DNA of 64,000 nucleotides from a virus (Duplodnaviria; Caudoviricetes): IMG/VR virus record IMGVR_UViG_3300029288_000056, positions 32,001 to 96,000 of that record; one strand, 5' to 3'. Shown piece by piece: positions 57,045 to 64,000 of this stretch (position 1 is its first letter; each line of letters starts with the position of its first letter). The notes under the pieces were generated by a model. It saw only the letters and a program-made list of their open reading frames with translations, ran no database searches and was not told where the DNA came from. The position numbers and the translations under genes were made by a program.

Positions 57045-57797
57045 TTACCAAACAAGATCATTAGTATAGTCTAAGTGGCCAACAAGAACGTTGGTGTTAC
57101 AAGCGAATCGGTACCCCACCCGCCCCGCATTTTGATAGAACCATAAATCTTGGGTGAATGCCTTAGCTCCGATCCCGGGTTGGTACTCCTGTACTGTTTT
57201 AAACCAAGGACGTGGTATTCTCTCATCCTTAAACATTGAGATCTTAAAGAGGTTAAATCCCATCCCCAATCCGTTTGCCTCCTGTAAAGTATTCGGGATG
57301 GGTACTTGCGGGATAAAGTTTAGTGGTATCTCCTTGGGGTTTCCGTAGATCATCGGTTGGCCGGCAGGTTCATACTTGTCTCCGTTCATCATTCCACCTT
57401 TTGTCCAATACAAACCCGATACTACATCGTATTTATCCATTCCCTCATAAAGCCTCAAAAGCCCGTCCGGTGGTGGCATGTTATCTTCTTCTAACGTTAG
57501 AATGTACTTCCATGTTGATAGATCTGGATGATTTAAAATTGTCTCAATAGCGTTATTGTAAGCTTCGTCCACGGCCATACCAGTCATAAATATCCTAATA
57601 CACTTATTGTTCATCGGCAGCATTAAACCGAGCCAGCTCTGCACTACCCTTGCTGGAATCATCCCCCTTGTTGGGACTACAATAATCGTTGATAGATCCT
57701 TATACGTGTTCCCCTGAATCAGTCGGTCACGCGCCTGTTCTAGATTACTATTGTTGATGCCGGCTGTGTTCTCAATTATAATTTGTGGCTTACCCAT
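57045..57797 (-). CDS. GT-A fold glycosyltransferase-like protein
   Basis: IVVPTRG, LEEDN, GMGF.L, QDLWF, VGH. Confidence 0.75.
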   Translation of the reverse strand: MGKPQIIIENTAGINNSNLEQARDRLIQGNTYKDLSTIIVVPTRGMIPARVVQSWLGLMLPMNNKCIRIFMTGMAVDEAYNNAIETILNHPDLSTWKYILTLEEDNMPPPDGLLRLYEGMDKYDVVSGLYWTKGGMMNGDKYEPAGQPMIYGNPKEIPLNFIPQVPIPNTLQEANGLGMGFNLFKISMFKDERIPRPWFKTVQEYQPGIGAKAFTQDLWFYQNAGRVGYRFACNTNVLVGHLDYTNDLVW

Positions 57798-58092
57798 AAT
57801 TAAACTCCGTCACTTTCTCCACTAAAGTCTTCAAGTCGTTAAACTCGTGCTCCCAAAGTACAAGGGTTTTAAAACCGTACTCTCTAAATGTATTAACTCT
57901 TTTTTGAGGGTTTTGTCCCTTGTGCCACCAGTCACCGTAGATTTCGATGATCTTTTGCCCGCTCATGTTGATGAAGTCCGGGCACTTACCCGCAATGATG
58001 ACTTTGCCATTTCCGACGAATTTGTATTGGCCGAAAAATAGTAGGCGAAGTAAGGATTCAAAGACGAGTTCGAGATTGTTAGGACTGTTCAT
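57790..58092 (-). CDS. Vsr/DUF559-like endonuclease domain
   Basis: PDF..IIEIYGDWWH..LVLWEHE. Confidence 0.75.
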   Translation of the reverse strand: MNSPNNLELVFESLLRLLFFGQYKFVGNGKVIIAGKCPDFINMSGQKIIEIYGDWWHKGQNPQKRVNTFREYGFKTLVLWEHEFNDLKTLVEKVTEFNYG

Positions 58093-58543
58093 TGCGCTTC
58101 CAGTACAGCGTTGCTAGGTTAAAGAAATTGCTACAATCAGACTTTAATTCGCGCCATAGATTGCGGTTAAATTGCCAGCATTCATTTGGAATAAGAATTT
58201 GTTTACTCACTATTTCGGAATTTCTATCATCATACAGCCCATCTATCATTTCTGGATTTTTAATATATATAATAAATACATAACCATACTGTCCAAACTT
58301 TTCAATTGCTTGTTTACATCCTCTATCCCATTCATTATCAGGATGCCCATTAACATACCATCTTTGAAGAGCATAACTAGTAGCCACGTCTATATCTGGA
58401 GTTAAAAATATTAAAACATCTTCCATTCTGCCTATGCTTTGTTTTTCTATAATTTTATCTGCATTTACTTTGGTGGGAGTACCATGATAATACTCACCCC
58501 TTCGGCGTTGCCAAGCCATTAAAAAATTGGTTAGTTTAGTCAT
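58079..58543 (-). CDS. YHGT-type ART-fold protein, tag B (start revised)
   Basis: GGAGG RBS; MTKLTNFLMAWQR; YYHGT. Confidence 0.8.
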   Translation of the reverse strand: MTKLTNFLMAWQRRRGEYYHGTPTKVNADKIIEKQSIGRMEDVLIFLTPDIDVATSYALQRWYVNGHPDNEWDRGCKQAIEKFGQYGYVFIIYIKNPEMIDGLYDDRNSEIVSKQILIPNECWQFNRNLWRELKSDCSNFFNLATLYWKRNEQS

Positions 58544-59249
58544 TGCGCCTCCAATACAGCGTCGCAAGATCAAAGAAGTTAGAGCCATCTTTTTGCAATT
58601 GTGGGCAAAGGTTACGGTCAAACTGCCAGCATTGCGACGGCATAACTGGCCCACCTTGAGAGACGTTAATCCCACCAACCTGTAAAATAGTGTCGAGCAC
58701 GCCCTTATCTAACGTCTTAATCGCCTTCTTGCCTATGTGTGACAGAATGGCCTCGTCATTCATAAAGACCTTAACCTCATGCTTTTGGCGGGGGGTTAAG
58801 TTGTTCTCCGCCCAATTCAGCAACCTTATACCTAAGGACGTCTTATCCACTTTTGAGTAGTCGAAATCGTGATATACTTCCTTTCCATTTTTCTCCATAT
58901 AAAAGTCCCAAACCATTTGACCAATACTGTCCTCGTCTGGTATCAAATCGTTGTTCAGGTCTTGTTGTCGAACCACAAAAAGATATGCAAATTGTCCATA
59001 TTGTGGTATGAGAGAATCTGATAAATCACTACCAAGCATGTTTCCCCCAATAGCATATATTATGGCATAACTAAGTTCTTGGGTTAAATAGACCCGATCC
59101 TTAATTGGCGCGAAGTAGTTTTTACCCTGCTCTGGCCTGCCCTGCAATCCCTCCACAATAATCTCGTCTGCTAGTTTCTTCTCATCTGTACCGTGATAGT
59201 ATTCGTCAGGGCTGCGTTGCCAAGCTAATAGGAAATTAGTTAAACTCAT
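58536..59249 (-). CDS. YHGT-type ART-fold protein, tag B (start revised)
   Basis: MSLTNFLLAWQRSP; YYHGT..VYLT..YA..PDED. Confidence 0.8.
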   Translation of the reverse strand: MSLTNFLLAWQRSPDEYYHGTDEKKLADEIIVEGLQGRPEQGKNYFAPIKDRVYLTQELSYAIIYAIGGNMLGSDLSDSLIPQYGQFAYLFVVRQQDLNNDLIPDEDSIGQMVWDFYMEKNGKEVYHDFDYSKVDKTSLGIRLLNWAENNLTPRQKHEVKVFMNDEAILSHIGKKAIKTLDKGVLDTILQVGGINVSQGGPVMPSQCWQFDRNLCPQLQKDGSNFFDLATLYWRRND

Positions 59250-59656
59250 CCCGCGCTCCATAGTTTAATTGCGCATTTACTAAAAGACAGTTCGTCTTTC
59301 TCTGCAGTATGTGCTGCGGGATTCCAAAATAAAAATTTATCAAATTTCTTCTCGTAAAATTTCCATAATTCGACAGGAAAAATAATGTTAGATACTTTTA
59401 CGATACTACCGTCACCTATTAATTTCATGGATGATGTTTGAATATCTTGATCGCGAAATACTAATACGAATGGTCCATAAGTTCTAGCCGCCAGACTTAA
59501 GACATGTGTCAAATAAGCGGTATAGGGTGCGTTAAAATCAGTTGGTCTTAGTCCGTTCCGCACAATACTTTGGGCATCTTCCAATTTAGGTGTACCGTGG
59601 TACCAGTCATCTGACTGATGCGCATAAGCACTAAGTAAGAATGACTGTAAACTCAT
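59246..59656 (-). CDS. YHGT-type ART-fold protein, tag B
   Basis: MSLQSFLLSA; WYHGT..AQSIVRNGL. Confidence 0.8.
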   Translation of the reverse strand: MSLQSFLLSAYAHQSDDWYHGTPKLEDAQSIVRNGLRPTDFNAPYTAYLTHVLSLAARTYGPFVLVFRDQDIQTSSMKLIGDGSIVKVSNIIFPVELWKFYEKKFDKFLFWNPAAHTAEKDELSFSKCAIKLWSAG

Positions 59657-60171
59657 ATCTCAAACGTCCATACTAACTTAACCGCGGAAGCCGGAACCGG
59701 AACTGGATAATACCAAGATCCCTTATTCCCTTCTTCGTCACTACTCAACCCTGAATCCGATATAGCACCGTCGGTTAGCTTTACTTCCCACACATCCATC
59801 GAACAAGGTGGGTCGGTTCTTCCCATATACTCTGCGTACCACCGAGCCTGTTCTAAGTTGTCAAAGAAGTAGAATCCTTTCCCTGTTGACCATCTGTCGT
59901 ACAAGGACTTAGAAGGATCGATTCCATAACGACCTATAGATTTTCGTGCTTCAATCGGAGCAACATGATATCCCGTTTTAATAGGATGGAAAACAGTAGC
60001 GGACTCGGTGGGCACCCATCTATCCTGTATGTCATAATAACCATTCTCTTTTTTGCGCTTCTCTTCAACCGCGACCAAGTCAACTTCCTCTGATGGCCCC
60101 TCTACCCAACGGTCGTACATGTCGTAGTAGCCGTCTTTACCAGAGGTTAAAAATTCCGTCAGTTTGTTCAT
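59653..60171 (-). CDS. ART-fold-like protein with duplicated GYYD..DRWV peptide, tag B
   Basis: MNKLTEFLTS; GYHVA..SI..GI..GFYF..A.WYA. Confidence 0.7.
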   Translation of the reverse strand: MNKLTEFLTSGKDGYYDMYDRWVEGPSEEVDLVAVEEKRKKENGYYDIQDRWVPTESATVFHPIKTGYHVAPIEARKSIGRYGIDPSKSLYDRWSTGKGFYFFDNLEQARWYAEYMGRTDPPCSMDVWEVKLTDGAISDSGLSSDEEGNKGSWYYPVPVPASAVKLVWTFEI

Positions 60172-60175
60172 AGTC

Positions 60176-60817
60176 TTAGTAAACCGCATTAAATATCATT
60201 CCTCCTACCTTAGTCCAAACTCGATCCCAATCCCAGTTCTTACCGGTGATCTGATCTATTTTTTGCATAAACTCCTTACCACGCTCATAAGGACCGGCAG
60301 TCTCTACGGCATCCCTTTTAAGTATATAGTAATAACCAAGTGGGTCTTTGTCGTCGTTATACCCACCAAGCGAGATTCTTAATACCTTAGATCCCTTAAT
60401 ACTATCGTTGTAAAAGTGTTGCCAAACAGCCCTTGCCCTACTAGACGTAGAGCCAGAATAATCAGCTCCTAATCCCATTCCTTCTTTACTAGCCTCTTGC
60501 ATGGCAACCAAATAAAGAATAGGGCCAGCTCCGTCAATTCTAGAACCGGCATATTCCACTGAATAATAACCATCTCGTTCTTCTATCTCGATCATAGCGT
60601 TAGCTTGTTGATATATTTTTCTACACAGAACTTGAACGGGATCGCCGTCTTCAAGCCTATCGAAACGCGCATTTTTAATCGCGTTGTCAGGCCAGTAGAA
60701 AAGGCAATATCCATCGTAACCGTAGTTGTTATATTTAACAAGATACCCGCCGGTAATAGGGCGCCTATTGGCGATCAGTTCGTCGGAACCTAATAAAAAG
60801 TTAGTCAGTTCACTCAT
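60176..60817 (-). CDS. GNAT-like, tag B
   Basis: MSELTNFLLG; GAGPILY..AMQ..TSSRARAVWQHFY. Confidence 0.75.
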   Translation of the reverse strand: MSELTNFLLGSDELIANRRPITGGYLVKYNNYGYDGYCLFYWPDNAIKNARFDRLEDGDPVQVLCRKIYQQANAMIEIEERDGYYSVEYAGSRIDGAGPILYLVAMQEASKEGMGLGADYSGSTSSRARAVWQHFYNDSIKGSKVLRISLGGYNDDKDPLGYYYILKRDAVETAGPYERGKEFMQKIDQITGKNWDWDRVWTKVGGMIFNAVY

Positions 60818-61101
60818 TAGTATTGTACCTCCACGGGTTTCACAAGTGGGTTAATATAGTTTATAAATTCGTCGCCCTTTTCTGCTTTGTAATATAGGGC
60901 GGTAGGCCGGACGCCGATGATGTTTGTATAAGCCCTTAGTAGGTCGGCATAGTTACTGAACGATGCGTTAGTTAGGAAAAGGACCCAAGCTCCGTCCATG
61001 TAGGCGGCTATCTGTCGGCCACCATGCCAAATAGAATCGTTCTCGTTGATCAGCAGATCATTGTTGAGATCGGTCCGTAAGAATGCGGTTAGTTTACTCA
61101 T
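60817..61101 (-). CDS. Hypothetical, tag B
   Basis: MSKLTAFLRT. Confidence 0.7.
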   Translation of the reverse strand: MSKLTAFLRTDLNNDLLINENDSIWHGGRQIAAYMDGAWVLFLTNASFSNYADLLRAYTNIIGVRPTALYYKAEKGDEFINYINPLVKPVEVQY

Positions 61102-64000
61102 TATATAGAAGCCCTCAAATTCTCAAAATGAATTAATGGCACGAATTGGCCTAACACATGAGGCGTAGATAAATCAGACTGCCCAATATTTACAGGCGGT
61201 TCCGCACTAACTGCTGTATAGCGTCCTAAAAATGGTGACCAACCTAAAGAAGCATCTGTAACAGCTGCAACACCAATAGTACCAGACCTTTGATTAGATG
61301 CCGCATATTGCATTCCAATAAAACTAATGCCTTTTGCTTCACCGGAAGATGCCATTGCATAACCTATATAATATTCTGCTCCCTGACTTAATGATGGTGT
61401 AGTTGCTTGAGATGCTGAGTTTGAAAACTGGCTAGAGACAAAAGGTAAATAACGAATACCACCGAATACAGACCTCATATTATTATTATCAGCATTAGAA
61501 CCAAATGTAGTTGAAACCCAATACATCATTTTTAACGATGTTGTATTAACTGCACTATAAAGTGCAAGCCAAGCACTATAAGTAAAAGCATTAGTATTTG
61601 CTACCTTATTTGTAAGGTCACAAGAAAAATTAAGATATGCTGATGAGATAGTTATATACCCCGGAAATCCACCAGCATTATGTGCACATAGAGGTAAAAT
61701 CCCCCATGATTGATGAGTTGAACCCATTAGCCAATCATGTTCTGTCCCAATGTCCTCATCTATTAGTTTCCCAAAATTGAAGTTATAGTAACGACTGATC
61801 GTCTGACCGCCCGATACTATAACAGTAGATGCATTGTTTGAAATACTAATGTTGCCAGCACCAGAAATACTTATCTGTCCAGATGAGCCGTTTAAAGATT
61901 GTACAAAAAGATGATCATGTGTTGACTGACTATAAGACCCGGTTACAGTTGATCCGTTCGTACCCCATCCTAAGCCGTTCGAAGCGCTTAAAACAAATGC
62001 GGTTTGAGCCGGAACTGCAGGGACGGTATAAGATCCCACAATGGAGTTGTTCGTAATGTAGAAAAGTAATCCGTTGGAGTTACCAAATGTATAAGTGGAG
62101 GCCTGTAGCGAAGTATTGCTTCCAGAAATAGCGGGGTTTGTAAGAGTAGGAACCGTATAAGAGGCGGTCACCGTAGACCCGTTAGTTCCAAAACCTACAC
62201 CGTTTGAGTTTGACAACACAAAAGCGGACTGATTGAATGTAGTTAAGTAGGCGGGGAGATCAACCGAGACTCCCGACGTATTTACTGTTATAGACCCGCC
62301 TGTGATTGCTCCATTAACACCAGCAAACGTATTCGCAGAGGTATAGAAGTAATTAGCGCGCTCTCCGGTTCTCATATATTCTAAAATGGAAGCATAAATT
62401 CCTTGGGTCCCCGTGCTAAAACTTACACCGTTAGAATCTGCAAAGTTTGCGGTTTGGAAAGTAAACGATCCATTACTTGCGCTTAACGCTTGATTTGATT
62501 GAGAGGAAATATAAGCCGGTAAGTCCACTGAAACACCAGAGGTATTTACCGTGATTGAACCTCCGGTTATTGCTCCATTAGTTCCAGCAAAGGGGTGTGC
62601 GTGAGTTGACTGTGAGTAGGAGCCTGTAACTGTTGAACCGTTTGTACCCCACCCTAAACCGTTTGATGCGCTGAGGACAAAGGCGGACTGATTAAAGGTT
62701 GTGAGATAAGCGGGTAGGTTAACAGAAACCCCACTTGTATTCACCGTAATAGAACCGCCCGTAATAGCGCCGTTAGTACCAGCAAAGTCGTGGCCGTGAG
62801 TAGACTGGCTAAATGAGGCCGTCACCGTGGACCCGTTGGTTCCGAACGTGAAGTTATTCGAATTACTCAAAACAAAAGCACTTTGACCGGTTAGATAGTT
62901 TCCAACTGACAAAGAAATTCCGTTACTAGCGCTTGTTATTGTTATATTTGTACCAGCAACGTCTGTTCCTGAGCCGTGAACATGGGTTAAGTTTGCAAAC
63001 GTATTTGCGGAAGTATAGAAGTAGTTGGCACGCTCCCCGGTCAGCATATAATCGGGCAAGTCTATAGAGATTCCCGACGTATTTACAGTCATAGATCCGC
63101 CAGTGATCGCCCCGTTAGTACCCGCAAAATCGTGTGCGTGGGTAGACTGACTGAACGAGGCTGTAACGGTGGATCCGTTGGTCCCGAATGTAAAGCTATT
63201 TGAGTTGCTGAGGACAAAGGCAGATTGGTTAAACGTTGTTAGGTAGGCAGGTAACGCAATGGAGAGACCGTCTGATGAAGCGGTTATAGACCCACCCGTC
63301 ATAGAGACGTTGGCACTGCCTATATAAGGGTGAGCGTGGGTAGATTGAGAATACGACCCTGTTATTGTAGAACCGTTCGTTCCCCATCCGAGTCCATTCG
63401 AAGCGCTTAAGACAAATGCTGTTTGCGCGGTAATGTATGCAGGGAGGTCCACAGACACACCAGAAGTGTTTACTGTAATGGAACCTCCTGTGATAGCTCC
63501 GTTAGTTCCTGCAAAACCGTGGCTATGCGTGGATTGACTGTAGGAAGCGGTCACCGTGGAGCCGTTAGTTCCCCATCCCACCCCATTCGAATCACTTAAG
63601 ACAAAGGCCGACTGATTAAACGTAGTTAAGTAGGCGGGTAGGTTGACCGAAACACCTGAGGTGTTTACCGTAATCGAGCCGCCCGTTATCGCCCCGTTTG
63701 TTCCGGCGTAATCTCCCGTTGCCCCACTTGCTCCATTAATTGTAATGACGCTGAGGCTTTGGGATAGGGTTATGTTGGATCCGGCTACAATTGAAAGGCT
63801 TCCGGAAGAGCCGTTAATCTCTTTTACAAACGAGGACGGGGCGATTGCCCCATTATAGTTTATCGTTATTGTACTTTGACTTTGAGACAAGGATATACTG
63901 GACCCACCGACAAAGACGATGTCCCCTGATGAGCTGTTCAAAGAACGAACTGCCGGTTGGACCGATTGGTTGAAGGCGGAGATTGTTATCGTAGAAAGGT
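61101..64000 (-). CDS. Large S/T/G/N-rich repetitive fibre or adhesin-like protein (5' end beyond window)
   Basis: Frame stays open from 63941 to the window edge. V.S[LI]N.SSG motifs, repeated modules, THxH motifs, globular C-terminal domain. Confidence 0.75.
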   Translation of the reverse strand, partial: LSTITISAFNQSVQPAVRSLNSSSGDIVFVGGSSISLSQSQSTITINYNGAIAPSSFVKEINGSSGSLSIVAGSNITLSQSLSVITINGASGATGDYAGTNGAITGGSITVNTSGVSVNLPAYLTTFNQSAFVLSDSNGVGWGTNGSTVTASYSQSTHSHGFAGTNGAITGGSITVNTSGVSVDLPAYITAQTAFVLSASNGLGWGTNGSTITGSYSQSTHAHPYIGSANVSMTGGSITASSDGLSIALPAYLTTFNQSAFVLSNSNSFTFGTNGSTVTASFSQSTHAHDFAGTNGAITGGSMTVNTSGISIDLPDYMLTGERANYFYTSANTFANLTHVHGSGTDVAGTNITITSASNGISLSVGNYLTGQSAFVLSNSNNFTFGTNGSTVTASFSQSTHGHDFAGTNGAITGGSITVNTSGVSVNLPAYLTTFNQSAFVLSASNGLGWGTNGSTVTGSYSQSTHAHPFAGTNGAITGGSITVNTSGVSVDLPAYISSQSNQALSASNGSFTFQTANFADSNGVSFSTGTQGIYASILEYMRTGERANYFYTSANTFAGVNGAITGGSITVNTSGVSVDLPAYLTTFNQSAFVLSNSNGVGFGTNGSTVTASYTVPTLTNPAISGSNTSLQASTYTFGNSNGLLFYITNNSIVGSYTVPAVPAQTAFVLSASNGLGWGTNGSTVTGSYSQSTHDHLFVQSLNGSSGQISISGAGNISISNNASTVIVSGGQTISRYYNFNFGKLIDEDIGTEHDWLMGSTHQSWGILPLCAHNAGGFPGYITISSAYLNFSCDLTNKVANTNAFTYSAWLALYSAVNTTSLKMMYWVSTTFGSNADNNNMRSVFGGIRYLPFVSSQFSNSASQATTPSLSQGAEYYIGYAMASSGEAKGISFIGMQYAASNQRSGTIGVAAVTDASLGWSPFLGRYTAVSAEPPVNIGQSDLSTPHVLGQFVPLIHFENLRASI
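61915..63710 (-). repeat. Interspersed coding repeats in the fibre gene
   Basis: About 7x AGTNGAITGGSITVNTSGVSVxLPAY, 7x AFVLSxSNxxxxGTNGSTVTxS, 2x TGERANYFYTSANTFA; synonymous divergence between copies. Confidence 0.85.

Larger units (their letters stand above)
1..64000 (-). mobile_element. Segment of a large bacteriophage genome (virion-cargo and accessory region)
   Basis: All credible ORFs on one strand with overlapping start/stop codons. Phage-type content (RuvC, HNH, Cas4-like, M23, ChaB, fibre, GT cluster) and no cellular housekeeping genes. Confidence 0.85.

Noticed and set aside
760-60793. Plus-strand ORFs and nested alternative-frame minus ORFs in the track (e.g. 12305..12868, 23527..23955, 760..990, 32272..32613)
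   Set aside because: They overlap well-supported minus-strand genes and lack recognisable motifs; treated as shadow ORFs.
35028-60817. Diversity-generating retroelement or shufflon explaining paralog diversity
   Set aside because: No reverse transcriptase, recombinase, near-identical TR/VR pair or inverted cassette is visible in the window.
35028-60817. Cellular polymorphic toxin-immunity locus
   Set aside because: No secretion machinery, no toxin-immunity alternation, and the context is phage-like. A non-capsid delivery device encoded elsewhere cannot be fully excluded.
1-64000. Stop-codon reassignment
   Set aside because: TAA, TAG and TGA all end genes directly before the next RBS or tagged start, and coding density is already near complete.
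1-64000. tRNA or structured ncRNA genes
   Set aside because: After adding the small ORFs, no gap is long enough or shows cloverleaf or T-loop motifs.

Overview
A 64-kb segment of a large (probably jumbo) bacteriophage genome, or a phage-like element, in the standard genetic code. About 105 tightly packed ORFs all lie on the minus strand, with GGAG-type RBSs and ATGA/TAATG overlaps. No tRNA, rRNA, CRISPR array, capsid, terminase or prohead protease gene is recognisable. The dominant unexplained signal is two short peptide tags shared by about 60 otherwise unrelated proteins (manual count). Tag A is M-K-Y-F-K-N-(A / ..L-x-A), on about 20 mostly small acidic proteins at 1-24.6 kb. Tag B is [KRS]-L-[TSQN]-x-F-L-x-[A], about 41 copies, mainly at 31-61 kb. 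The tags occur at N-termini, between domains and at C-termini, and are usually flanked by Ala sites on the side where a domain would be released. Tag-B cargo is a shuffled set of ADP-ribosyltransferase, GNAT, zincin, NUDIX, zeta-like kinase, Cas4-like, SWIM and ChaB domains, plus a 10-copy unrecognised domain ('X'). RuvC, glycosyltransferases, methyltransferases, HNH nucleases and lysis-like genes are untagged. My inference is a T4-CTS-like capsid-loading and Ala-specific maturation system for a very large virion-delivered effector arsenal. The window also holds a glycosylation cluster, homing endonucleases, a frameshifted GNAT gene, a sigma70 promoter-gene-terminator island, small TM peptides and a repetitive fibre protein that runs off the right edge. 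All domain calls are by motif recognition only; no searches were run.
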